From Microthrixaceae bacterium (GTDB lineage Bacteria; Actinomycetota; Acidimicrobiia; Acidimicrobiales; DATDAH01), in the NCBI GenBank assembly GCA_020637195.1, contig JACJWK010000002.1, positions 2,299 to 66,298 of the forward strand: DNA of 64,000 nucleotides, read 5' to 3'. This document shows positions 44,800 to 55,012 of the stretch, in pieces. The notes beneath the pieces are model-generated. The model did no database searches. It was not told the DNA's origin and saw nothing but the letters and a program-made list of their open reading frames with translations. The first letter of the stretch is position 1; every line of letters begins with the position of its first letter. Made by a program: the position numbers and the translations under genes.

Positions 44800-45474
44800 C
44801 CGGAGGCCGCCGACCGCGCCGGCGTGGCAGCAGTACCGGACGATGTAGGCCTTGCGGACCGTGCCGGTGGTGTTGACCCGGGTGGCGTGGGGCTGGTTGA
44901 CGAGAACACCACGACGTCGCCGGCGCTCGTGGGCACGTCGACCGCGGTGTCGTGGTCACCCCAGCACTCGAAGCCGATCGGCGTGTCGGCGTGGGCGAGG
45001 GGCCGCTGTCGCGGTGGGCGCCGGCGGCATGACCGACACGCAGCCGTTCTCGGGGTGGCGTCGGTGAGCGACACCCAGAAGGTCAGGTACGCCTGGGGCC
45101 TCGATGAACGTGTAGCTGTCCTGGTGCCACAGCACCGGCTCGGCGCCGTGGGGCACCTTGTAGACGGCCTGCTCCCAGTAGAGGCGCACGTCGTCGCCCA
45201 TGAGGTCCCGGCAGACCCCGGCGAGGACCGGGCTGCGGCAGAACGCCTTGGCGGCCCCGGAGCGCAGCACGACGTGCGGCGCGACCACCTGGGTGTCGAG
45301 CCCGGCGACCGAGAGGCGCCCGCCCTCCACCTGCTCGAGCAGCCCGGCGACGAGCTCGACCGCCTCGTCGCACGCCGCCTCGACCGGGGCCAGCTCGTCG
45401 GGGGTGAAGGCGCCCCGCAGCACGAAGAAGCCGTCCCGGTCGAACTGCCGGCGCTGCTCGTCGGTGATCGTCAT
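44800..45474 (-). pseudogene. phytanoyl-CoA dioxygenase (PhyH)-family Fe(II)/2OG oxygenase, multiply frameshifted
   Basis: ATG 45474 (MTITDEQRRQFDRDGFFVLRG...WHQDSYTF). The rest is readable only by hopping between all three frames: YLTFWVSLTDATP / ENGCVSVMP / GAHRDSGP / LAHADTPIGFECWGDHDTAVDVPTSAGDVVVFSS / ...HATRVNTTGTVRKAYIVRY. The 3' end is undefined. Confidence 0.75.
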
Positions 45475-45789
45475 CGGCGCCCGGTCGGGCAGCGCCCACG
45501 TGAACCCGTCGTTCCACCGATGGGGCGCTCGCTCCCGGGCCACGCGGTCACCGTAGCGACCCGGCGGCGGTGCTCATGGGTGCGGATGGTCGGCCTGCCG
45601 ACGGTGACGACCTGAGCACCAGCGCCGCTGGGCGGCGACCCTGGCCAAGGTCATGATGTGGGGGTACGTTGCGCTGACCGGCGTCGATCGTCGAACCTTC
45701 GATCGCCGCACGGCTCGAAGCCCGGTGCTTCCGCGAGGCCCCCGACCCGGGAGGCCCGCTCGTCCGACCTGACGAGAAGGAGGCACGAC

Positions 45790-46164
45790 GTGCCCAGCAT
45801 CGACGACCTGTCCCTGCCCGGCGACCCCGACTTCCCGGCCGAGGCGTTCTCGGTCGGCTGCGACGGCGACCTGGTCGAGCGGCGCTGGCTCGGCGGCGAG
45901 CCGTACTACGTCCACCACATGGACGTGCCGCCGTCCGACATCACGGTGCACCGGGGCATCCCGTGCACGACGCCGATCCGCGCCGTGATCGACATCGCCT
46001 GCGACACCGAGCCCGACCACCTCGACGCCGTCATCGGCGACTGCCTGGGGAGGGGGCTGTTCACCGTCGAGGAGGCCTGGCACCGCCTCGGCCAGCCCGA
46101 CATGGCCCAGCGCCACGGCGCCGAGATCGTCCGCCAGGCCCTCCGTCGGCTCGGCCTCGGTTGA
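45790..46164 (+). CDS. AbiEi-antitoxin-like/DUF559-associated N-terminal domain fragment protein
   Basis: Strong SD AAGGAGG 6 nt before GTG 45790. ...ITVHRGIPCTTPIRAVIDIACDTEPDHLDAVIGDCLGRGLFTVEEAW... resembles the middle of AbiEi-type/DUF559-linked proteins, but only about 124 aa are present. Confidence 0.45.
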   Translation: MPSIDDLSLPGDPDFPAEAFSVGCDGDLVERRWLGGEPYYVHHMDVPPSDITVHRGIPCTTPIRAVIDIACDTEPDHLDAVIGDCLGRGLFTVEEAWHRLGQPDMAQRHGAEIVRQALRRLGLG

Positions 46165-46397
46165 TATTCGAGTGGCTTCCGATGCCGGACGAGGTGTGGT
46201 CGCGGGCCCTCGAGCTGCAGCGCGCCGTCAGCGCACGGGGCCGGCTCCGGTCGGCGCGCCTCCCGGACCTGCTGATCGCCGCGACCGCCGAGCGCCACGG
46301 CGTGACGGTGCTGCACTACGACGCGGACTTCGACCTGCTCGCCGAGGTGTCCGACCTTCGGGCCGAGTGGGTCGTTCCCGCCGGCTCGGTGCCGTGA
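46161..46397 (+). pseudogene. N-terminally truncated PIN-domain VapC toxin remnant
   Basis: ...DEVWSRALELQRAVSARGRLRSARLPDLLIAATAERHGVTVLHYDADFDLLAEV...WVVPAGS is the C-terminal about 60% of a VapC. The N-terminal acidic-residue strand and any VapB partner are missing. Confidence 0.6.
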
Positions 46398-46489
46398 GCA
46401 CCACGAAGGCCGCCGCCGCGATGAGTTCCGCCGCCACCCGCCGTCGCACCCACCGACGCAACCGTCCGCGATGAACGAGGAGCACGACC

Positions 46490-47275
46490 GTGCCGCACCG
46501 TGAGCACGCCCCGGCCGGGGCGCCCTGCTGGACCGACCTCTGGACCTCCGACGTGGCGGGCAGCCGCCGCTTCTACTCCGAGCTGTTCGGGTGGGAGGCC
46601 GCCGAGCCGAGCGAGGAGTTCGGCGGGTACTTCATGTTCCTGCGCGACGGCGTGCCCGTCGCCGGCGGGATGGGGCCGATGGGGGACATGCCCGCCGGCG
46701 ACGTGTGGACGATCTACCTGGCCACGCCGGACATCGCCACCGCGGCCACCACCGCCGAGGGCGCCGGCGCCAGCCTGTTCATGCAGCCCGAGCCCGTCGC
46801 CGACCTCGGCAGCCAGCTGCAGATGGCCGACCCGCAGGGTGCCACCGTCGGCGCCTGGCAGGAGGGCACCTTCCCCGGCTTCACCGTGCTCGACGAGCCC
46901 GGCGCCCCGAGCTGGTGCGAGCTGCACACCCGTGACTTCCAGGGCTCGCTCGAGTTCTACCGCACGGTGTTCGGCTGGGAGACCCAGATGGTCGGCGACA
47001 CCGACGAGTTCCGCTACGCCGTCGTGCTGGCCGAGGCGGGCAGCGAGGAGCAGGTCGGGGGGATCATGGACGCCGGCGCCTGGCTGCCCGAGGGCGTCGA
47101 CGCGGTCTGGTCGATCTACTTCCTGGTGGAGGACGCCCAGGTGGCCGCCGACCGGGTCGTCGAGCTGGGTGGCTCGGTGATCGACCCGCCCGCCGAGACC
47201 CCGTACGGCGTGCTCGCGACGGTCGCCGACCCCGCCGGCGCCGTGTTCAAGCTGCGCACGGCGCCGAATGAGTAA
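46490..47275 (+). CDS. two-domain VOC/glyoxalase-family protein
   Basis: SD GAGGAG 7 nt before GTG 46490. A duplicated module (FYSELFGWE... and FYRTVFGWE...). Ends in the rare stop TAA. Confidence 0.8.
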   Translation: MPHREHAPAGAPCWTDLWTSDVAGSRRFYSELFGWEAAEPSEEFGGYFMFLRDGVPVAGGMGPMGDMPAGDVWTIYLATPDIATAATTAEGAGASLFMQPEPVADLGSQLQMADPQGATVGAWQEGTFPGFTVLDEPGAPSWCELHTRDFQGSLEFYRTVFGWETQMVGDTDEFRYAVVLAEAGSEEQVGGIMDAGAWLPEGVDAVWSIYFLVEDAQVAADRVVELGGSVIDPPAETPYGVLATVADPAGAVFKLRTAPNE

Positions 47276-47285
47276 GGATCTCCCC

Positions 47286-47314
47286 TTGACAGAGTAAGGA
47301 TTAATCCTTACTCT
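47286..47314 (+). promoter_or_regulatory. promoter (TTGACA-17 nt-TACTCT) with embedded 24-bp perfect palindromic operator AGAGTAAGGATT|AATCCTTACTCT
   Basis: Read directly: -35 at 47286-47291, -10 at 47309-47314, palindrome at 47291-47314. GTG 47321 lies 6 nt after the -10, so the TetR mRNA is probably leaderless. Confidence 0.6.
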
Positions 47315-47320
47315 GGCCCC

Positions 47321-48843
<1,523 letters not shown>

Positions 48844-48888
48844 GCGCCCCTCGGGAATCCTCGCCGGCGCCGACCGGTTGGGGCCGGC

Positions 48889-49326
48889 ATGGGATACACG
48901 GATGCCCCCGAGGGCTGGTGGAAGTCGTTCATCACCGAGCGGCGGCCCGCGCCGACCGGCAAGCTCGCCGTGGTGCGGGCGGACGGGAGCCCGCACGTGG
49001 CCCCGGTGTGGGTGGACGTCGACGGCGACGACGTGGTGTTCATGACCGCGGCGGACACCCTGAAGGGCAAGGCGATCCGGCGCGACCCCCGGGTGGCCCT
49101 GTGCTTCGACGACGAGCGGCCGCCGTTCAGCTTCGTGACGATCCGGGGCACGGCCACGACGAGCACCGACCCCGACGAGCTCCTCCACTGGGGCACGCGC
49201 ATCGCCGGGCGGTACATGGGCGCGGAGCAGGCCGAGGCCTACGGGCGGCGCAACGCCGTCCCGCCGGAGATGGTGGTGCGGGTCACCGTCGACCGGGTCG
49301 TCGCCAAGGTGGACGTGGCCGACTGA
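48889..49326 (+). CDS. pyridoxamine 5'-phosphate oxidase-fold (PPOX-class, probably F420-dependent) protein
   Basis: About 145 aa. ...GKLAVVRADGSPHVAPVWVDVDGDDVVFMTAADTLKGKAIRRDPRVALCFDDE... is a typical split-barrel pattern. Confidence 0.7.
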   Translation: MGYTDAPEGWWKSFITERRPAPTGKLAVVRADGSPHVAPVWVDVDGDDVVFMTAADTLKGKAIRRDPRVALCFDDERPPFSFVTIRGTATTSTDPDELLHWGTRIAGRYMGAEQAEAYGRRNAVPPEMVVRVTVDRVVAKVDVAD

Positions 49327-49365
49327 CGCGGCTCGACCCGTCCGCGAGGGGGTAGGAGCGCCACC

Positions 49366-50865
49366 GTGGCCACCGGCACGGTCGAACCGACCGGCGACCT
49401 GCTCGTGCTCGGCTCGGCCCGGGGGAGGATCGCCCTCGCGGCCTCGGTGGCGGCGAGCGCCTCGTCGATGCTCGACGGCACCGTCGTCAACGTCGCGCTG
49501 CCCGCCCTCGGCGACGAGCTCGGCGCCGACGTGGTCGGGCTCCAGTGGGTGATCACCGGCTACCTGCTCACCCTCGCGTCGTTCATCCTCCTCGGCGGCG
49601 CGCTCGGCGACCACCTGGGGCGGCGTCGGGTGTTCGTCGTGGGCGCCGTGTGGTTCGGACTGGCCTCGCTGCTCTGCGGCGTTGCGCCCACCCTGCCGGT
49701 GCTCCTCGTGGCCCGCATCCTCCAGGGGGTCGGCGCCGCGCTGTTGACGCCCACGTCGCTCGCGCTCCTCCAGGCGGGGTTCCGCTCCGGCGACCGCGCG
49801 GCCGCGGTCGGGGCCTGGTCGGGCCTCGGGGGCCTGGCCGGCGCCGTCGGCCCCTTCGTCGGCGGCTGGCTCGTGGACGGCCCCGGCTGGCGCTGGGCGT
49901 TCCTCGTGAACCTCCCGCTGCTCGCCGTGGCCGTCGTGGCGTCACGCGTGTTCCCCGAGAGCCGCGACCCCGACGCCGACCCCCGCTTCGACGTGATGGG
50001 CTCGGCCCTCGCCGTCCTGGCGCTCGCCCCGCTGACGTGGGCGCTGACGCAGGGACCCGAGCGCGGGTGGACCGACCCGCTCGTCCTCGCGGCGGCCGTC
50101 GTCGCGGTGCTCGCCGCCGCAGGCTTCGTCGTGCGCCAGCGGCGGGCGCCGGCCCCGCTGGTCCCCCGCGTCGTGTTCGCCCGCCGCGAGTTCACCGTCC
50201 TCAACGTGGTCACGTTCCTGCTCTACGGCGCGCTCGGCGTGGAGTTCTTCCTCGTGGTCGTGCAGCTCCAGGTCAGCGCCGGCTGGACCGCGCTCTCCGC
50301 CGGCACCGCGTTGCTGCCGGCCACCGTGCTCATGCTCGTGGGCTCGGCCCGCTCCGGGCGACTTGCCGCCCGCATCGGCCCCCGACCCCAGCTCGTCGCC
50401 GGTCCGCTGCTGGTGGCCGCCGGTCTCGTGCTGCTGGCCCGGATCGACGCGGACGCCCGGTGGCTCACCGACGTCGCACCCGGGGCGGTCCTGTTCGGCC
50501 TCGGCCTGGTGACGTTCGTGGCGCCCCTCACCGCCTCGGTGATGGGCAGCGTCGACGAGGCGCTCGTCAGCACCGCGAGCGGTGTGAACAACGCCGTGGC
50601 CCGCACCGGGGGCCTGCTCGCGGTGGCCGTCGTGCCCGGGGTCGCCGGCCTGGCGGTGACCGCCGGCCCCGCCGAGGTCACCGCGGCGTACGTGACCGCG
50701 ATGCACCTCACGGCCGGGCTCGCCGTCGCCGCGGCGGTCGTGAGCGCGGTGGGCCTGCGACGCACCCGGGTGGCGGCCTCGTCCCGTGAGCAGGTGTGCC
50801 CGGTCGACGGCGCGCCGCTCCAGCCCGACCCCCGACGCTGCCCGGCGGCGGCGGCCGCCGATTGA
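49366..50865 (+). CDS. MFS transporter (DHA2/EmrB-like, about 14 TMS)
   Basis: LDGTVVNVALP, GALGDHLGRRRVF (motif A-like), and repeated hydrophobic segments over 499 aa. Confidence 0.85.
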   Translation: MATGTVEPTGDLLVLGSARGRIALAASVAASASSMLDGTVVNVALPALGDELGADVVGLQWVITGYLLTLASFILLGGALGDHLGRRRVFVVGAVWFGLASLLCGVAPTLPVLLVARILQGVGAALLTPTSLALLQAGFRSGDRAAAVGAWSGLGGLAGAVGPFVGGWLVDGPGWRWAFLVNLPLLAVAVVASRVFPESRDPDADPRFDVMGSALAVLALAPLTWALTQGPERGWTDPLVLAAAVVAVLAAAGFVVRQRRAPAPLVPRVVFARREFTVLNVVTFLLYGALGVEFFLVVVQLQVSAGWTALSAGTALLPATVLMLVGSARSGRLAARIGPRPQLVAGPLLVAAGLVLLARIDADARWLTDVAPGAVLFGLGLVTFVAPLTASVMGSVDEALVSTASGVNNAVARTGGLLAVAVVPGVAGLAVTAGPAEVTAAYVTAMHLTAGLAVAAAVVSAVGLRRTRVAASSREQVCPVDGAPLQPDPRRCPAAAAAD

Positions 50866-50887
50866 CCGCGGGCGCCCGGCGGCCCGC

Positions 50888-51328
50888 TCAGGTGCGGCGG
50901 GCGACGAACATCGGGATCCGGCGCTCGGTGGCGTCCTGGTAGGTCTGGTAGTCGGAGTAGGCCGCGACGGCGCGGTCCCACCAGGCGGCCCGCTCGTCGC
51001 CGTCGACCTCCTCGGCCACCGCGTCGATCACCTCGGCGCCGTCCTGCACCGTGACGTGGGGGTCGGCCTTCACGTTGTGGTACCAGCCGGGGTTGGAGGG
51101 GGCGCCGCCGACCGAGGCGATCAGCGCGTACTCGCCCCCGTGCTCGACCCGCATCAGCGGGGTCTTGCGCAGCTTGCCGCTCTTGTGGCCCCGGTTGGTC
51201 ATGACGATGATCGGCAGCCCGGTGTCGGCGAAGGTGTTGGCCCGCTCGCCGCCGGACGCCTCGAACTCCTCGACCTGCTCGCGGACCCAGTCCCAGCTGC
51301 TCGGCTCGTACTCACCTTCGAGGGGCAT
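50888..51328 (-). CDS. deazaflavin (F420H2)-dependent nitroreductase-family protein (Ddn-like)
   Basis: ...IIVMTNRGHKSGKLRKTPLMRVEHGGEYALIASVGGAPSNPGWYHNV... Probable start ATG 51328; the track start 51337 is a TTG. Confidence 0.8.
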   Translation of the reverse strand: MPLEGEYEPSSWDWVREQVEEFEASGGERANTFADTGLPIIVMTNRGHKSGKLRKTPLMRVEHGGEYALIASVGGAPSNPGWYHNVKADPHVTVQDGAEVIDAVAEEVDGDERAAWWDRAVAAYSDYQTYQDATERRIPMFVARRT

Positions 51329-51344
51329 GGCCCGCAAGCTACCC

Positions 51345-52988
51345 CTACTTCCGGGCCAGGCGCTCGGCCACCTCGAGGCGCTTCTCGAGCTGGCGCACCG
51401 TGGCCTCCGAGATCCGTCCCACGCCCGACAGGCGGTTGAGCTCGGCGTTCACCTGCGCGTGGGTCTGGCCGGTGCGGCGCACCAGCACCGCGACGATCTC
51501 GGCGTTGCGCTCGCGGAGCCGACGCTTCTGCTGGCTGCGGGTGCGGGCCGTCGCCGCGTCGTCGTCGCCCAGCGCGGCCCGCGCGTCGGCCAGGAACCGC
51601 CGGTCACCGGCCAGTGGCGGCGGCGGGCCGAGGTCGATCAGGAGGCTGTCGTCGTCGCCGACGTCGAGATCGTCGTCGACGTCGTCGCCGCTCTCGAACG
51701 GAGCGTGCGTCTGGTGCTCGGTGGCCACCGCCGACAGCGCGGCGAACAGCGACATCTGCTCCTCGACGCCCGGGTCGAGGGCGGCCGGGTCGCGCTCGGG
51801 GCGATCGACCGCGCGCTTGGCCAGGCTGTGGCGGCGCTGGTCGGCGATCTGGAACGCCCGGGCCCGCAGGCGCGGGTCGTCGGGGATGAACAGGTACGCC
51901 TTCTGGTCCACGACGCCCGGCGTCCACCGCACGAAGCGCCCGACCGCCTGGCGGAAGAACAGCTCGGTGGTCGTGGTGGTGGCGTACACGCCCACCCGCA
52001 GCCGGGGGATGTCGACGCCCTCGGACACCATGCGCACCGCCACGAGCCAGGGGGCGGTGCCCGCGGCGAACCGGGCGATCGCCGCGGACGCGTCGGGGTC
52101 GTCGGAGGTGACCACCACCGCCGGGCGATCGAAGCGTCGTTGCAGGAGGTCGGCGACGCCCCGGGCGTGGTCCTGGTCGATGGCGATCACGAGGCCGGCG
52201 GCGTCGGGTTGGCGCTCGCGCACGGCGTCGAGCTGGGCCACGGCCTGGCGCAGCACGGTGGGGAGCCACTCACCCTCGAGGGAGAGCGCGGTGCGGAGGC
52301 GCTGGCTGGCGCGCGTCTGGTCGAGCGCGTCGTCGAAGGTGGCCTCGTGGATCGCACCGTCGGGTGCCGTCCACTCCATGTGGCCGCCGGTGCGGGGGAA
52401 GTAGACGGGGCGCACCACCCGGCGGTCGGCCAGGGCCTCGCTGTAGCCGTACTCGAAGTCGGGCACGGCCTCGTCGGCCACGTAGGTGACGAACGGGATC
52501 GCCCGGGTGTCGCTGCGGAACGGCGTGCCCGAGATGCACAGCCGGCGGGGCGCGCGCTCGAAGGCGGCGCGGATCGAGTCGCCCCACGCCCGGTCGTCGC
52601 CGGCGTGGTGGATCTCGTCGAACACCACGAAGGCCCGCTCGGCGAGCCCCGACAGCACCGCGGCGCTGCTCGCCACCTGCTGGTAGGTGGTCACGATGCC
52701 GTGCATGTCCGCCGGCAGGCGCCCGTCGGTGGCCGCCCAGGCCGGGTCGAGGTGGATGCCGAACGGCGCGGCGGCCCGCTCCCACTGGACCTTCAGGTGG
52801 GCGGTGGGCGCCACCACGACGACGCGGCGCTCGGGGTGCTCGGCGAGGACGTGGCGCGCCGCGGTGAGCGCGAAGGTGGTCTTGCCCGCTCCCGGCGTGG
52901 CCACGGTGAGGAAGTCGGCGGCCTCGCTGGCCCGGAACTTCTCGAAGGCCACCTTCTGCCAGGGCCGCAGGCGGATGCGGCGGATCAT
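51345..52988 (-). CDS. SF2 DEAD/DEAH-box (res-subunit-like) helicase with acidic linker and basic helical tail
   Basis: Walker A ATPGAGKT, DEIH box VFDEIHHAG, SGTPFR, VRMVSEGVDIP, FRQAVGRFVR. The C-terminus has DDVDDDLDVGDDD followed by a Lys/Arg-rich helical segment. Confidence 0.85.
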   Translation of the reverse strand: MIRRIRLRPWQKVAFEKFRASEAADFLTVATPGAGKTTFALTAARHVLAEHPERRVVVVAPTAHLKVQWERAAAPFGIHLDPAWAATDGRLPADMHGIVTTYQQVASSAAVLSGLAERAFVVFDEIHHAGDDRAWGDSIRAAFERAPRRLCISGTPFRSDTRAIPFVTYVADEAVPDFEYGYSEALADRRVVRPVYFPRTGGHMEWTAPDGAIHEATFDDALDQTRASQRLRTALSLEGEWLPTVLRQAVAQLDAVRERQPDAAGLVIAIDQDHARGVADLLQRRFDRPAVVVTSDDPDASAAIARFAAGTAPWLVAVRMVSEGVDIPRLRVGVYATTTTTELFFRQAVGRFVRWTPGVVDQKAYLFIPDDPRLRARAFQIADQRRHSLAKRAVDRPERDPAALDPGVEEQMSLFAALSAVATEHQTHAPFESGDDVDDDLDVGDDDSLLIDLGPPPPLAGDRRFLADARAALGDDDAATARTRSQQKRRLRERNAEIVAVLVRRTGQTHAQVNAELNRLSGVGRISEATVRQLEKRLEVAERLARK

Positions 52989-55012
52989 GCGGCGTCGGCG
53001 GCGGGCTCGGTTCCGGCGGGGAGGGCGGGCGGAGCAAGTCGCTCAAGGTAGCGGCGGGTCGGGCCCGATCGGGACATGCCCGAGAGACACCGACCTTCCG
53101 CTCGGCGGGGCTCGGCATGGGTCAGGGGCGTCGCCGGCGGCGAGGGCGTCGGTGAGGCCGCTGGCCCGGGCGACGGGCGGGCGACGGCGGCCCGCACCGC
53201 GTCCTCGGTGCCGAGCACGGTGAGCCGGTGCTGCGCCCTCGTGACCGCGGTGTAGAGCAGCTCGCGGGTCAGCACCGGCGACGGCGGCCGGGGAGGCGCA
53301 CGACGACGTGGCCGAACTGCGAGCCCTGCGCCTTGTGGATGGTGATGGCGTACAGGAGTCGACCGCGGCCAGCCGCGTGGGCCGGACGAGCAGCGGCTCG
53401 CCCCGGCGCTCAGGCACGGCCTGGAGGCGCCCGCCGCCGACGTCGACGACCACCCCGGTGTCGCCGTTGAACACGCCGAGGCGTAGTCGTTCTCGGTCAC
53501 GATCAGCGGCCGGCCCGGGTACCAGGCGCCGGCGCCGTAGCCCGGGATCGTCGAGCGCAGCCAGCGCTCGATCGCCAGCCGCCACCTGGCGGCACCGGCC
53601 GGCCTGCGGCGGTGGGCGCAGAGCACCTGGACCTCGCTCAGGGCGGTGAGCGCACCCGGCGTCACCGGCCGAGGCGGCGGCGCGACCACCGAGCGGGCGG
53701 TGTCGACCGCACCGCACGGCGCGGAGCTCCGGGGCGGTGGTGGGGTCGGCGTCCGCCGACCTCCGCCACGTGACGTCGTCGCCGGCGGTCGCAGGGCGTC
53801 GACCACCGCGTCGGCGTCCCCCGACTCGATCGCGGCGGCGACGGTGGCGATGCCCCCGCCGAAGCGGTGCACGCGGCGCAGCTCGACGATGCCGGGCAGC
53901 GGCGACGCCACGATGTCGCCGAGGACGGCACCCGCCTCGACCGGGCGAGCTGGCGAGGTCGCCGACGAGGACCAGGCGGGCGGTGGGGCGCACCGCGTCG
54001 AGCAGGCGGGCCATGAGCGAGAGCCCGACCATCGAGCACTCGTCGACGATCACCACGTTGTGCGGGAGCTGGTTCGCCCGGTCGTGGCGGAAGCGGCTGC
54101 GGTGGTCGGGCCGCCATCCGAGCAGGCGGTGCAGCGTGGAGGTGGGCGTCGCCAACAGCGCGCCCGGACGGCCTCGCCGGTGTCAGGCGGCGGGCCTCCG
54201 CCTGCACCGCCTCGCCCAGGCGGGCGGCGCCTTGCCCGTCGGCGGCCAGTGCCACCCGGGGTGGTGGCTGACCGAGGGCGGCGGCCTGCTCGTGGAGCAG
54301 CGCCAGCAGGCGCGACCGTCGTGGTCTTGCCGGTGCCGGCCCGCCGGCGACCACCGAGAAGCGGCGCTCGACCGCGGTCGCCGCCGCGACCCGCTGCCGG
54401 TCGTCCTCCCCGCCCGAGATCGGCGTCCACCCTCCAACGGCTCCCGATTTCGGTGCCAGGGCACCGAAATCAGGGCCAGAACGGACGAGGAAGAGGCGGT
54501 CAGGCCGTCAGCCAGCGCAGCAGTGTCGACGGTGGGGCGGCCCGCCGGCGGGCGAGCAGGTCGGCGGTGATGGCCCGCTCGTGGCGCCAGTAGCGGTCGA
54601 GGTACAGGCGCGTGCGGCGAGGCGCAGCGGGCGGTCGTGGGCCCGCCGCCGCCCACCGCGGTGAGCGGGTGGGTGGCCCGCGGCGACCCAGGCGTCGGGG
54701 TCGGGCCAGGCGAGGGCGGCGACGTCGACGGCGACCTCCTCGTCCTCGGGGGCGATGGTGGTCGGCGCGGTGGCCAGGTCGGCGAAGACGTGGCCGGGCG
54801 CACGGCCCGCACGGCGAGCGCCGCGGCGGGCGACCTGTCCGTCGGGGTCCGAGCGCCGCCGGCAGGTCGGTGAGCGCCAGCGACGCGCACGTCGGCGGCG
54901 GCGAGGACGGTGGCGTCGCCCAGGGCCTGCGGAGCCCGGCGCCCACGGTGGGTCGCCGCCCGGCGTGGAGGTCGACGCCGCCGGCCGGCGTCGGCGGGGT
55001 CGCGGCGGTCAC
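52985..55012 (-). pseudogene. recD: RecD (exodeoxyribonuclease V alpha) gene, multiply frameshifted
   Basis: GTG 55012 forms a GTGA overlap with the recB stop. Motifs are scattered over three frames: RLYLDRYW, VVAGGP/GTGKTTTV/RLLALL, TLHRLLG, VVIVDECSMV, LVLVGD, VQVLCAHR, RLGVFNGDTGVV, YAITIHKAQGSQF, LLYTAVTRAQHRL. The 3' end could be 52985 or 53043. Confidence 0.8.
54439..54483. repeat. palindromic element copy 2 (core at 54446-54471), inside recD
   Basis: Identical 26-nt core GATTTCGGTGCC-AG-GGCACCGAAATC. The right outer arm AGGGCCAGAACG mirrors the left arm CGTTCTGGCTCC of copy 1. Confidence 0.9.

Noticed and set aside
45685-45705. Hairpin CGATCG-TCGAACCTT-CGATCG whose minus-strand loop contains GGTTCGA, which could be a tRNA T-arm or att-site remnant next to the TA debris.
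   Set aside because: The stem/loop geometry (6-bp stem, 9-nt loop) does not fit a T-arm (5-bp stem, 7-nt loop). No acceptor or anticodon arms can be built from the flanks.
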